DNA of 56,164 nucleotides from Elainellaceae cyanobacterium (GTDB lineage Bacteria > Cyanobacteriota > Cyanobacteriia > CAZCXK01). Both the position numbers and the translations under genes were made by a program. The stretch is taken from positions 1-56,164 of the forward strand of contig JBNPEG010000062.1 of NCBI GenBank assembly GCA_051117555.1, in the 5' to 3' direction. The notes beneath the pieces were generated by a model, which did no database searches, was not told the origin of the DNA, and saw only the letters and a list, made by a program, of their open reading frames with translations. Positions 8,380-18,735 of the stretch are shown here, piece by piece (the first letter of the stretch is position 1; every line of letters begins with the position of its first letter).

Positions 8380-9630
8380 TTAGAATACGGTGCCATCACT
8401 GTCGAGTTGAATGGGTGGAATACCGCCAGGGCGACGATGTGCCGCAATTTTTCGCCCCGCACTCCAGGTGCCACCTTGTAAAACTTTTGCTAAGGGCAGC
8501 TCGTTTGCACTGAGATTGAGCTTTTGACGGATTACATCCGCGATCGCATCTAAAGCAATCACCGTGAGCGATCGCCACTCGACAATCACCTCCGACTCAG
8601 GGCGATATAGATTGCCAATGATTCCCTCGTGCTTGGGCTGAATGAGCCCTAAATCAATGCATAGCCCGCCGTTGCGATATTCAGGCAAGCCGGTCAAATC
8701 GTCTAAGTGGGTAATCTGAAGTCCACTGTCTTGGAGTGGCTCAAGCAGCGAATAGGTCAACCACTGCGAGAGTTTATGAAACGGCACCAGATTACCGCCT
8801 GGTTCTGCATCGGACAGAGCCGAATGAACCCACACATCTCCTAAATTGACGCCAAATAGTTGCAGTCTGCCTGACCAGATATCGCTGAAGCCATCCAAAA
8901 CGGCGCGGAGAACATCGCGGGCGGGAAGACGGTGATCGACGGCGTGCGATCGCAAATAGTCTACCAAGTTGCCTAGACGCGGGGTTGGTTGCCCAAATAA
9001 ATCAGGATGTTGATGCAGAGCATGCCCGAGTTGATGCAAAAGATTCAGCCGCCCGGCGATGCCCACGAGTGGATTTTGGTCAGTCGCTTGAAACCCATCT
9101 GCCAGACGTGATTGAGTCAACTGCTGGAGCCCCAGCCCATCGACCTGAAACGGGTAATCCGGATTGCTAGAAAACAGACCCTGGCAAAACATATGAAAGC
9201 TTGCGATGGCAAGTCCCTCAGAGCGTTGAATGACCCGCTGTGTTTCTGGCTCGATGTATCGCCATTCAGCACCTGCCCCCGCATCTAGCAAGACGCTGAC
9301 AATCGCTAGGTCAAACTTGATGCGAGCGATTTCGAGCGCACTCAACTCTGTTAAATGGTGTTCCAGATGAGCAACACGAGGAATGCCACCCGATTCAAAG
9401 TGCCGCCAGCGGCTGTGAAACGGAATGTCTAGGTCAGGATAATTCTCCTGGATGACCTCAATCACATAGTCTGCAACCCGATTAAGCTGACTCACATCGT
9501 AGTCAAAGTGTTGAAGCTGATGATTACGCGCCCTCTCAAAGAGCACACCACAGCGCTCTCGAACTGCATCGGGCGATCGCAGATAATCAATGATTCGGGT
9601 GTGTTCTGCTAATAATTCTGATGTGCCCAT
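8380..9630 (-). CDS. URC4/Urg3 family (DUF1688) protein
   Basis: IPFHSRWRHF, VSVLLDAGAG, RSEGLA, FHKLSQWLTYSL, LTGLPEYRNGGL, C-terminal SDGTVF. Confidence 0.92.
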   Translation of the reverse strand: MGTSELLAEHTRIIDYLRSPDAVRERCGVLFERARNHQLQHFDYDVSQLNRVADYVIEVIQENYPDLDIPFHSRWRHFESGGIPRVAHLEHHLTELSALEIARIKFDLAIVSVLLDAGAGAEWRYIEPETQRVIQRSEGLAIASFHMFCQGLFSSNPDYPFQVDGLGLQQLTQSRLADGFQATDQNPLVGIAGRLNLLHQLGHALHQHPDLFGQPTPRLGNLVDYLRSHAVDHRLPARDVLRAVLDGFSDIWSGRLQLFGVNLGDVWVHSALSDAEPGGNLVPFHKLSQWLTYSLLEPLQDSGLQITHLDDLTGLPEYRNGGLCIDLGLIQPKHEGIIGNLYRPESEVIVEWRSLTVIALDAIADVIRQKLNLSANELPLAKVLQGGTWSAGRKIAAHRRPGGIPPIQLDSDGTVF

Positions 9631-9706
9631 CCTCCCTCATCCGATAGTGATCCGGCGATCATCTCGACTCGATGATCCTCGCAAAATTAGACCCAATACA
9701 TTACGA

Positions 9707-10105
9707 TTACGTCTCAAGCTGCTCTGCGCTTGACTCTGCGCTTGACTCTGTGCTCGTATCTGACTCGGATGCCTCTGGGGCTGACTCAGCATCGGATGAT
9801 TCTGCGGCCTCCTCTACTGGCGCTTCTGCGGCAGGGGGTTTGGGTTGGGTTGGCTTAGGCCCCCGCATCAATGCCGGAGAAACGGGAGGTTTGGAGTCTT
9901 CCTCACCACGGCGACCTCCCTTTTTCTTGCCTTTTTTTCGATTCTTGTCTCTGTCTCTGTCTCTATCTTTGGGTTCTCCGTCGCGATCTTTCTCGCGGCG
10001 AATCTGAGGTTTGGGACGTGATTCTGAAGACTGCGAAGGGCTGGCCGCATCGCCAGATTTCGCCATTGCCTCACGCTCAGATTTTTTGATTGGACGCTCC
10101 GCCAT
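9707..10105 (-). CDS. Conserved low-complexity cyanobacterial hypothetical protein
   Basis: MAERPIKKSER start, basic middle, PALMRGPKP motif, acidic tail. Confidence 0.8.
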   Translation of the reverse strand: MAERPIKKSEREAMAKSGDAASPSQSSESRPKPQIRREKDRDGEPKDRDRDRDKNRKKGKKKGGRRGEEDSKPPVSPALMRGPKPTQPKPPAAEAPVEEAAESSDAESAPEASESDTSTESSAESSAEQLET

Positions 10106-10151
10106 AGTTTGTTTGTCGTTCTAGTTCGAGGTCTGCATTTAAATAGGGTAC

Positions 10152-10239
10152 TATAGCCTACGCTCTCGCGTCAGGACGTTGAACGTGTGGTGACCCGCGC
10201 GCCGCGGGGCCCACCACACAAACCTAAGCCGGGGCTATA
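10152..10239 (-). mobile_element. MITE-like family A, copy 2 (inverted)
   Basis: TATAGCC...GGCTATA; its reverse complement aligns with 8280-8372. Confidence 0.8.
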
Positions 10240-10302
10240 GAGGGTGAGGCGGATTGAGGGGGTTAGACAGAAGTGGCCGTTAAATTGATTCATTCACTCG
10301 GT

Positions 10303-11130
10303 TCATTCACTCGGTTCATTCAAGAGGCGATCGCACCAGTCATTCACGGCGATCGCCCACCCCTGAGATCCGACAGCAGGGGCAACCTGCCACCCAGATC
10401 CCACTAACCCCGGATGAGGCCCACTCTGCCCCGGCACCACAATAGGAATATCGACAACCTCTAGCATGTCGCGATCATTGGGGCTATTTCCTAGGCCAAT
10501 CGTGGTCAATGATTGGCCCGGATTCGCAGTTTGATAAGCTTGGATGAGCAGCCGCGATGCGGTGCCCTTACCCGCCTGTTTTCCAATTAAATGAGAGAAG
10601 CGATCGCCCCTTACCACTTGAAACCCGGCTGCTTGAATCGCATCTGCAAGCGGGTCAGATGGAATAGTTTGAGGTGTGACAAAGGGCTCAGTAAAGTCTC
10701 TGGCTTTTGCCAGTTTAGCGTCGTCTGCTGCAAGCCCCGTTCGTTGAATAATCTCATCCACGCTCAGATCGCCAAACCCGCTCAGCGATGCTCCCAGTTT
10801 GGCAGCAATTGTTTGCAGTCCGTTGCGTGCATCGTCATAGGTGCAGCCCAATCGCAGCAGATGATAATCGTTCCAGACCTCTGCCTCGGGTAGCACAAAG
10901 CGGCGATCGCCCATCGGGATAAACACTCCGCTGCCGTTTTCAGTAATAAACGGGTCGTGTAGCTCAAGCACCTGACATAAGGCTTCCACTTCCCTTCGGG
11001 TCTTACTTGTGACCGGAATCACCGGAACCTGGTGGTCTTTAAGTCGACCCAAAACAGGAAGGACAGGCTCGTATTGGTAATCATCGGGATTAAGAAGAGT
11101 GCCATCTAGATCGGTAAAAATAAGCAGCAC
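10303..11130 (-). CDS. HAD-IIB glucosyl/mannosyl-3-phosphoglycerate phosphatase (GpgP/MpgP-like)
   Basis: FTDLDGTLL, TSKT, ENGS, RDFTEP, GKG and GNSPND motifs. Confidence 0.88.
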   Translation of the reverse strand: MLLIFTDLDGTLLNPDDYQYEPVLPVLGRLKDHQVPVIPVTSKTRREVEALCQVLELHDPFITENGSGVFIPMGDRRFVLPEAEVWNDYHLLRLGCTYDDARNGLQTIAAKLGASLSGFGDLSVDEIIQRTGLAADDAKLAKARDFTEPFVTPQTIPSDPLADAIQAAGFQVVRGDRFSHLIGKQAGKGTASRLLIQAYQTANPGQSLTTIGLGNSPNDRDMLEVVDIPIVVPGQSGPHPGLVGSGWQVAPAVGSQGWAIAVNDWCDRLLNEPSE

Positions 11131-11342
11131 GGTATAGAATCCTCAAGTGCACCACAGATTTGGCAGTGATCTGCGAATCTGCCCGTTGGCTTCAGAGTTC
11201 TCAAATGCGGACGAACCCTGCGAACCCGTGAATTGATATCACAAATCACTGTAAGCTTAAAAGTGCTAATTTGGAAAATCCCGACGCTTTAAGCATCTAG
11301 ATACAAGCACCCATCGCAAAGACGTGAGTTGAGAGGACGAAG

Positions 11343-12119
11343 ATGAAGCGGCGACACTTAATTCGATATGCCGGAACGGGCTTTCTCGCAGCATTAGGAC
11401 TGGGCATTAGCTCAAGTTTTCAAGGTTCCCAAGCCCAAACGGGGCAATCCGTTTCCATTCAGTGGCTAGGGCACACTTGTTTTCTCTTCTCAGGAAACGG
11501 GCGTCGCATTCTGGTAAACCCGTTTCGCGCGATTGGCTGCACCGAAGGATATCGCCCTCCGCGAGTGTCTGCTGACCTAGTGATGATTAGCAGTCGGCTG
11601 CTCGATGAAGGCGTAGTTGAAGGGCTTCCCGGCAATCCCAGGTTGTTGGCTGATGCAGGCGTCTATCAGTTCAACGGGATGCAAGTTCAGGGGATCGCAA
11701 CGGATCACGATCGCAATCAAGGGCGCCGATTTGGCACCAACGTGATGTGGCAATGGAATCAGGGTGGGCTCAATATTCTCCACATGGGAGGCGCGGCAGC
11801 CCCCATCACGGTAGAACAGCAAATTCTTATCGGGCGGCCTGATGTTGCGCTCATTCCCGTTGGAAATGGCCCCAAGGCATACGGTCCTGACGAAGCCAAA
11901 TCTGCTATTCAGACTCTAAACCCTCGACTGATTATCCCAACCCACTATCGCACCCAAGCAGCAGATGCCGATGCCTGTGATATCGTTCCGCTCGACCAAT
12001 TTTTGACCCTCATGGATGGAACGCCAATCCAGCGGCGCAATGGCGACACCGTCACGCTCAGTCCTAACGATTTACCCGAAAGCGGTTCCAAAATTGAAGT
12101 GCTAAGTTACGGGTTTTAG
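11343..12119 (+). CDS. MBL-fold (beta-lactamase superfamily) protein with Tat signal and degenerate metal motifs
   Basis: MKRRHLI signal, WLGHTCF, IPVG, IIPTHY. Confidence 0.85.
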   Translation: MKRRHLIRYAGTGFLAALGLGISSSFQGSQAQTGQSVSIQWLGHTCFLFSGNGRRILVNPFRAIGCTEGYRPPRVSADLVMISSRLLDEGVVEGLPGNPRLLADAGVYQFNGMQVQGIATDHDRNQGRRFGTNVMWQWNQGGLNILHMGGAAAPITVEQQILIGRPDVALIPVGNGPKAYGPDEAKSAIQTLNPRLIIPTHYRTQAADADACDIVPLDQFLTLMDGTPIQRRNGDTVTLSPNDLPESGSKIEVLSYGF

Positions 12120-12188
12120 CGAACGGCATCAATACTGTCTGTCATGCTAGATCAGTAGTGTTGAAACATTCCCAAAAGACCTGAAGAA

Positions 12189-13505
12189 ATGATGCGAGAC
12201 GAATATCGGCAGCGGCGCGAGCAATTCATGGCGAAGATTGGGCACGGCACGGCGGTGTTTCCCAGCGCTGTGGTGTCTGTGATGCATCGAGATGTTGACT
12301 ACAACTTTCGCCAGGAAAGTGACTTATATTACCTCACTGGATTAAATGAGCCGGAAGCAGTGGCGGTTTTGGCACCGCATCATGATGAGCATCGGTTTGT
12401 GCTGTTCGTACGCCCCAACGATCCAGAAAGAGAAACGTGGAGTGGTCGCCGGATTGGGGTGGAAAAGGCGAAAGAATTTTTTGAGGCAGATGAGGTGTAT
12501 CCCATTCATGAACTCGATGAAAAACTGCCTCAGTATCTCGAAAAGGCCGATCGAATCTACTACCACTTTGGGCGCGATCGCACCTTTAACGACACGCTAC
12601 TAAAGCACTGGCAGCGGCTCATGGCCACGTATCCCAAACGAGGGATGGGGCCGATTGCCGTTGAAGATCCGGGCCCAATCCTGCATGCAATGCGTCAGAT
12701 TAAGAGTCCGACCGAGCTAGAGATGATGCGAAAAGCGGCAGCAATTTCAGTCGAAGCCCATCTGCGAGCGATGGAATTTGCTCGACCGGGGCGCTATGAG
12801 TATGAAGTGCAGGCAGAAATTGAACATATCTTTCGACTGCGAGGCGGTATGGGCTTTGCCTACCCCACGATTGTCGCCTCAGGGGATAATGCGTGCATTC
12901 TGCACTACACCGAAAATCACCACCAATTGCACGATGGTGACTTGCTGCTGATTGATGCAGGCTGCGCATGCGACTACTACAACGCAGACATTACCCGTAC
13001 GTTTCCGGTGAATGGCAAATTTACGGCTGAGCAACAGGCAATCTATGAAATTGTTTTAGAGGCTCAGCGACAGGCGATCGCCCAGGCACAACCCAGCACC
13101 CCCTATAGCCAGATCCACGAAACCGCAGTGAAGGTTATCGTTGACGGCTTATTAGACTTGGGATTATTACAGGGAGACGCCGACGAAATTATCAAAGAGG
13201 AGAAATATAAGCCGTTTTATATGCATCGCACTGGCCACTGGCTGGGTCTTGATGTCCATGATGTCGGCGTTTACCAGCACGGCGAAACGGCTCACTTACT
13301 AGAGCAAAATCAAGTGTTTACCGTTGAACCGGGCATCTATATCAGCCCCACCATTCAACCTGCTGAGGGGCAGCCCGAGGTCGATGCGCGCTGGCGTGGA
13401 ATCGGCATCCGCATCGAAGATGATGTCGTGATCACAGCGGATGGTCACGACATTTTGACCGCTGGCGTTCCCAAAGATATCGCTGACTTAGAGAGGCATG
13501 CTTAG
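12189..13505 (+). CDS. pepP: Xaa-Pro aminopeptidase P
   Basis: FRQESDLYYLTG, LIDAG, ADITRT, HWLGLDVHD, TVEPGIY, GIRIEDD. Confidence 0.95.
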   Translation: MMRDEYRQRREQFMAKIGHGTAVFPSAVVSVMHRDVDYNFRQESDLYYLTGLNEPEAVAVLAPHHDEHRFVLFVRPNDPERETWSGRRIGVEKAKEFFEADEVYPIHELDEKLPQYLEKADRIYYHFGRDRTFNDTLLKHWQRLMATYPKRGMGPIAVEDPGPILHAMRQIKSPTELEMMRKAAAISVEAHLRAMEFARPGRYEYEVQAEIEHIFRLRGGMGFAYPTIVASGDNACILHYTENHHQLHDGDLLLIDAGCACDYYNADITRTFPVNGKFTAEQQAIYEIVLEAQRQAIAQAQPSTPYSQIHETAVKVIVDGLLDLGLLQGDADEIIKEEKYKPFYMHRTGHWLGLDVHDVGVYQHGETAHLLEQNQVFTVEPGIYISPTIQPAEGQPEVDARWRGIGIRIEDDVVITADGHDILTAGVPKDIADLERHA

Positions 13506-13735
13506 GGAGACATGCTTAGAGGAGCATGAAGGGTTCGTCGAAGAGTCACGCGTTACCCAAGTGCATACCGCTATAAGTCGGGGGACAAAAATATTTACTG
13601 TCATTGCAATGACACCGTAAGGCTGAACAACATAAGGATTCCGTGTTTCGTCCTGATGAATAGATCAGAAATCCGTAATCGTGTGGGGAGTCTCGAGAGG
13701 CTTTGTCCCCCATTACCCGATACGGATTCCAGTTC

Positions 13736-15280
13736 ATGAACACATTCAAGTGCTTCCTCAAACCAACCGGTCATGTCTTAACCACCGCCGCATTCACCTC
13801 GGCTGCTATTAATGGGCTACTCATCCGCCCAAGCCAGGCAGAGCCAAGTCCTGAACCGCCACTGACGGCACCCACCAACGCATCAAAATTAAGCGTAACC
13901 CCGGTTCGCACCGTCACGCCTCCAGAGGCGGTTTCAAATCAACAGTTTGTCGGCTCCGATTTTCAGATATCTCAGCATCAGGCTGTTGAGTTGAGCGATA
14001 ACCCGCTCTCTTCTGATATCAACATTCCAACCAGCAACTCGCTCCCCCTCAATCTGCCTTCTAATCCTGACTCTAGCCCGACTCAACAGTCTCAGCCCTC
14101 CGACCCCTTGCCCTCTGACTCACCCAACTCACAAACTAATCCCCAATCGATTGATATTCCAGTCAACACGCCAACCGATCAAACACGAGATACTGCACTC
14201 GAATTATCGAGGCAGCGGCTTGAAGATAAACTGGCGCAGATTGTTGAGCAAGATCGTAACGAACGAGAAGAGCGGCTTCGGCAAACACTCATGGAGACGG
14301 CGACCCGATATATTCGGAGCGGTCAACGGCAAGCGGCGCACACCATTGCTCAAAATCCAGCGCTCTCGCCTGAGAATCGTGAAGACTTATTAGCCATGCT
14401 GAATGGGCAAGAACCTGTTCCATCCAGAGTTTCGCAACCCGCTCCTAGTGCGATTCGTGCTAGCCCATCTGAATCAGGATGGGAGACGGCGTCTCGACGA
14501 AATGGGGCAGGGGCTTTTTCTCAACGCCAGCTTTCTCCCCACATGTGCCGAGAAAGCTCTAACCCGCGCGATCGCCTCTTCTCGAATCCTGGAATTGGGC
14601 AACAGCCTCCCACTACTCTGGCACAGTCTAATCAGTTTTCCGTTGGCAGCACGTTTCTTGAGGGAATCGGGCAACAAGCTCCCTCAATTTTGGTTTCATC
14701 TACATCGACCCATAATCATATTCCCGCATCAGATTTAGCAGAACTGAATACTCATTCCGACTGTGATGAAGGTCCTCTCTCAATTTCAGAGATTCCTAAT
14801 AATTTCTTCAGCTACCAGTGGATGCCTCGCATCGGGCAAGGTCAATCTGGAGCATTAGAGATGATTTTTCCGCTTTCAATTCCTGCTCGCATCACCTCTT
14901 TATTTGGCTGGCGGATTCATCCGATTTCAGGAACCCGTCGCTTCCATTTTGGAATTGACTTTGGTGCTCCGACAGGAACCCCCGTAGTCGCAGCGCTGCC
15001 GGGTCAGGTGGAAACAAGCGGTTATCAAGATGGCTATGGGTTGACGGTGGTCATCGAAAATGGGGATGTCGGGCAGCGAAATCTGTATGCTCATTTGTCA
15101 GAAATTGCGGTGCAGCCGGGCGCTTGGGTTGAACAAGGCGCTGTGATTGGTTGGGTTGGCAGCACAGGCAACTCAACCGGGCCTCATCTTCATTTTGAGG
15201 TGCATCAACTGGGTACGGAGGGGTGGGTTGCGGTCGATCCGATGGCAATTTCGCCGGTGATTAATATCGGAGCCCGATAA
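13736..15280 (+). CDS. M23 family metallopeptidase with long low-complexity N-terminus
   Basis: C-terminal FGWRIHP, HFGIDF, YAHL, GNSTGPHLHFE. Confidence 0.9.
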   Translation: MNTFKCFLKPTGHVLTTAAFTSAAINGLLIRPSQAEPSPEPPLTAPTNASKLSVTPVRTVTPPEAVSNQQFVGSDFQISQHQAVELSDNPLSSDINIPTSNSLPLNLPSNPDSSPTQQSQPSDPLPSDSPNSQTNPQSIDIPVNTPTDQTRDTALELSRQRLEDKLAQIVEQDRNEREERLRQTLMETATRYIRSGQRQAAHTIAQNPALSPENREDLLAMLNGQEPVPSRVSQPAPSAIRASPSESGWETASRRNGAGAFSQRQLSPHMCRESSNPRDRLFSNPGIGQQPPTTLAQSNQFSVGSTFLEGIGQQAPSILVSSTSTHNHIPASDLAELNTHSDCDEGPLSISEIPNNFFSYQWMPRIGQGQSGALEMIFPLSIPARITSLFGWRIHPISGTRRFHFGIDFGAPTGTPVVAALPGQVETSGYQDGYGLTVVIENGDVGQRNLYAHLSEIAVQPGAWVEQGAVIGWVGSTGNSTGPHLHFEVHQLGTEGWVAVDPMAISPVINIGAR

Positions 15281-15367
15281 TAGCGCTCATTCAGAAATTC
15301 TGAGACTTCTCAAGGCTCCCATTTTCGACTTTAATTTCTTCAGTACTGAGAGAAATTTGGTGGGTGA

Positions 15368-16276
15368 ATGCGAGTGTCTACTCAACTGATTCCGGGCGAT
15401 CGCTTTATTCTAGATTGTCGAGGCCGCACTCTTGACTGCCGCCCTGGCATCAATGAGGGTGCCCACATCATGGGGATTTTGAATGTCACCCCGGACTCAT
15501 TTTCAGACGGTGGACGATATCTGCAAACAGATGCCGCTCTCCGTCGAGCAGATGCTATGGAGGCAGAAGGAGCCGCCATTCTCGACATCGGAGGAGAGTC
15601 GTCTCGTCCAAAGGGAGCGACGTATGGATCAGGTGCTGAGCCCGTCTCAGTAGACGACGAGTTAAAGCGGGTGATCCCAATCATCGAGGCGATCGCCCCT
15701 CGCTTTCCAGACCTACTTATTTCTGTGGATACCTATAAGCCCCAAGTGGCTCAAGCGGCGCTTGAAGCAGGAGCCCATCTAATTAATGACATCACTGGAT
15801 TGCGGATTTTCCCAGAAACAGCTCACGTTGCCGCTCGACACGGAGCCCCGTTAATCGTGATGCATTCGCTGGGTCGTCCGGGGGCCATGCCTCATGAACA
15901 TCACTATGAGAATGTTGTAGACACCGTTAAATCGTCTCTCCAAGAATCGATTCAGCTTGCTGAGCAGGCTGGAGTTCGGCACGTCATTACCGACCCGGGA
16001 TTTGGATTTGGCAAATCTGTGTCTGAAAATCTTCAACTGATTCGCGAAACCCAAACCTTTGTCGATCTAGGGTATCCGGTCCTGGTCGGGATTTCTCGAA
16101 AAAGCACCATCGGGGCAGTATTAGGGTCGACTCAATCCCCCCTGCCTCTGACAGAAAGACTGTATGGCACCTTAGGGGCTACCGCAGTTGCGGTGCTTCG
16201 CGGGGCAACCCTCATCCGGACTCATGATGTCCGTCCGACGGTTGATCTGGTGAAGCTAATTGCCGCAACTCGTTAA
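15368..16276 (+). CDS. folP: Dihydropteroate synthase
   Basis: MGILNVTPDSFSDGG, DIGGESSRP, ISVDTYK, DPGFGFGK, SRKS, IRTHDV. Confidence 0.95.
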   Translation: MRVSTQLIPGDRFILDCRGRTLDCRPGINEGAHIMGILNVTPDSFSDGGRYLQTDAALRRADAMEAEGAAILDIGGESSRPKGATYGSGAEPVSVDDELKRVIPIIEAIAPRFPDLLISVDTYKPQVAQAALEAGAHLINDITGLRIFPETAHVAARHGAPLIVMHSLGRPGAMPHEHHYENVVDTVKSSLQESIQLAEQAGVRHVITDPGFGFGKSVSENLQLIRETQTFVDLGYPVLVGISRKSTIGAVLGSTQSPLPLTERLYGTLGATAVAVLRGATLIRTHDVRPTVDLVKLIAATR

Positions 16277-17398
16277 ATGCGATCGCCCGCCTCCACTAGC
16301 TGGTTGTCCTGGCGCAGGGAGCTCTGGATAAAAGCGTCCAACTCACCATCCATGACATCATCGACGGCAGTCGTTTCCATACCGGTTCGCAAATCCTTCA
16401 CCATCTGATACGGATGGAATACGTAGTTGCGAATTTGGTTTCCCCAAGCCGCTTCAACCATGTCACCCCGGATGTCAGCAATTTCTTGGGCGCGCTGTTC
16501 TTGAGCAATCACGAGTAGCTTTGCCTTGAGAAGCGCTAGCGCCTTTTCCTTGTTTTGCAATTGCGATCGCTCCTGAGTACACCGAACTGCGATGCCGGTC
16601 GGGATATGAACCACGCGCACAGCCGTTTCAACTTTGTTGACGTTTTGTCCGCCTTTTCCGCCAGAGCGAGAGGTCGTAACTTCCAGGTCTTTTTCTGGAA
16701 TATCAAGCTCAACAGAGCTATCTAAAATAGGCATCACCTCAACGCCAGCAAAACTAGTTTGCCGCTTACCGTTGGCATTAAAGGGCGAAATCCTCACGAG
16801 ACGATGCGTTCCCTTTTCAGCCTTGAGGTATCCATACGCATACTTTCCCTCGATCTCAAGCGTGGCCGACTTAATGCCAGCTTCATCTCCCTCAGAGAGT
16901 TCAGCCAAATGAACGGTATAACCGTCTCGTTCTGCCCAGCGAGTATACATACGGAGCAACATCTCCGCCCAGTCTTGAGCATCCGTGCCGCCCGCTCCAG
17001 CGTTAATGGCTAAAACCGCTCCTCCTTGATCGTACGGACCTGACAACAGTTGCTGAGTTTCCCACTGGTCAAGTGCTCGATTTAGATGAGCTAGATTAAC
17101 TTCTGCTTCTTGAATCAGAGCCTCATCCTCGTCGAGTTCTAGCAATTCTAAAATGGCTTTCATATCGTCTAGCCGAGCATTCCACTGCTCAAATTGCTGC
17201 AAACTCGTTTTCAAGTCATTGAGGTTTTGAAGCGTGCGCTGCGCTCTGACCTGGTCATCCCAAAGCTCAGGCTGAGCAGCCACTTGTTCTAAATCGCGAA
17301 TTTTTGCAGTCAATGCCGGAACGTCAAAGATAGTCCTGGGTTTTACCCAGGCGCTCCGCCAACAAATCTACCTCGCGCTTGAGGTCTGTCGTTTCCAT
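16273..17398 (-). CDS. prfB: Peptide chain release factor 2 with programmed +1 frameshift
   Basis: METTDLKREVDLLAERLGKTQDYL, then CTT-TGA-C (17329-17323), continuing DVPALTAKI... in the +1 frame; SPF and GGQ motifs. Confidence 0.96.
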
Positions 17399-17949
17399 AG
17401 TAGGCATAGCAATTTAATCAATCGACTCTTCACTCATTTTATTCTACTCAACAGAACTACAGACCTATCGATAACGGAATTACTAATTCTGAGTCTCCAG
17501 GTATGGTAGCAGGTACCCTCAGGAAAGGATCTGGTGGTTCAAATTGCCCGCAAACATCGTGCGCATTCGCGGACTCCCGCAGACGCCTGCAAAATTGGAG
17601 AATTGGGAACCTGCGGAAGCAGGTTTGTTCGTATAGCCCTCGACTTTAGTCGCCCGGGTAGTGAAGAAAAAGAGTCTGGTGGTTCAAACCCCAACTTTCA
17701 CCATTTGTATCCGTTACGTTACGTTTTACTTTTTTTCCGATAAGCCGATGTCAGACAGGTGTCTAGCCTTGCCAAATCGCTTTTACGTTCCTTAATCTGC
17801 GGCTTAAGTTGCGAGTAATGAGAAGAAGAGTTCGGTATTTATGCTGATACTTACACAAACCCCTTTATCTATTCCCGTGAAATAACGATGGTATGCACTA
17901 GGTCATTCTAAGGAGAATAAGCCTAACTCTGACGCAAGGTGTTTTTCAG

Positions 17950-18735
17950 ATGACGGCAACTAAATCTTCTCTCCGTTCGCACAGCATGGAATTATTGATG
18001 GCCTACCATCAAAATCCCTCTCTCAAAGTTCGTAACCAGTTAGTTCGAATGAATGCAGGCTTAGTTCGCAAAATCGCTCACCGAGTGAGCCATCAGTGTG
18101 TTGAGCCCTACGAAGATCTAGAGCAAATTGGGTATATTGGCTTAATTCGAGCAATCGAGCGGTTTAACCCCGGCCAAGGGTGTGCCTTTAGCTCATTTGC
18201 AGTCCCTTATATTCGTGGCGAAATGCTTCACTTCTTGCGCGATCGCGGCAGTGCTGTAAAGGTGCCTCGTCGTTGGCAAGACCTCCAAAAAGAGGGACAA
18301 AAGGTTCGAGTGCAGCTTTCAAAGGATCTGGAGCGTCAGCCCACCGATCAAGAAGTCGCCGACAAAATAGGAATCTCTCAAGATGAATGGCGAGAAATCA
18401 AACTGGCTGTTCGCAACCGGTTGCCCCTAAGCCTCGATGCAACCGTATGTCATCAAATCGACTCTCCTATTACGTTGGGAGATACGTTGACTGATGCTAA
18501 TTATCAAACTCTGCAATGGCTAGAAGAAGATCGACAGCTTCTCCAACGGGCTCTAAACCAGCTTGAAGACAAAACCAGAGCCGCCATCGAATTTGTATTT
18601 TTTAGTGATATGTCTCGTAAGGAAGTCGCCGAGCGAATTGGTGTCAGCCCGATGACGGTAACGCGGCGTATTCAGCGTGGGCTTGAGCAGATGATCACAT
18701 ACCTTCAACCTCAAACGCTGCGTACTGAACCCTAA
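17950..18735 (+). CDS. sigF: RNA polymerase sigma factor SigF (group 3)
   Basis: RNQLVRMNAGLV, EPYEDLEQIGYIGLIRAIERF, IRGEMLHFLRD, GVSPMTVTR. Confidence 0.92.
   Translation: MTATKSSLRSHSMELLMAYHQNPSLKVRNQLVRMNAGLVRKIAHRVSHQCVEPYEDLEQIGYIGLIRAIERFNPGQGCAFSSFAVPYIRGEMLHFLRDRGSAVKVPRRWQDLQKEGQKVRVQLSKDLERQPTDQEVADKIGISQDEWREIKLAVRNRLPLSLDATVCHQIDSPITLGDTLTDANYQTLQWLEEDRQLLQRALNQLEDKTRAAIEFVFFSDMSRKEVAERIGVSPMTVTRRIQRGLEQMITYLQPQTLRTEP

Noticed and set aside
13487..13528. Short tandem duplications (14 bp at the pepP stop; 12 bp at ~36312-36342)
   Set aside because: Likely slippage products with no evidence of function.
16273..17313. Truncated prfB pseudogene
   Set aside because: The canonical CTT-TGA-C frameshift restores the full gene.
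17700..17860. NtcA or HLR1 sites upstream of sigF
   Set aside because: GTA...TAC spacings are 10, not 8, and the GTTAC repeats do not fit HLR1 spacing.
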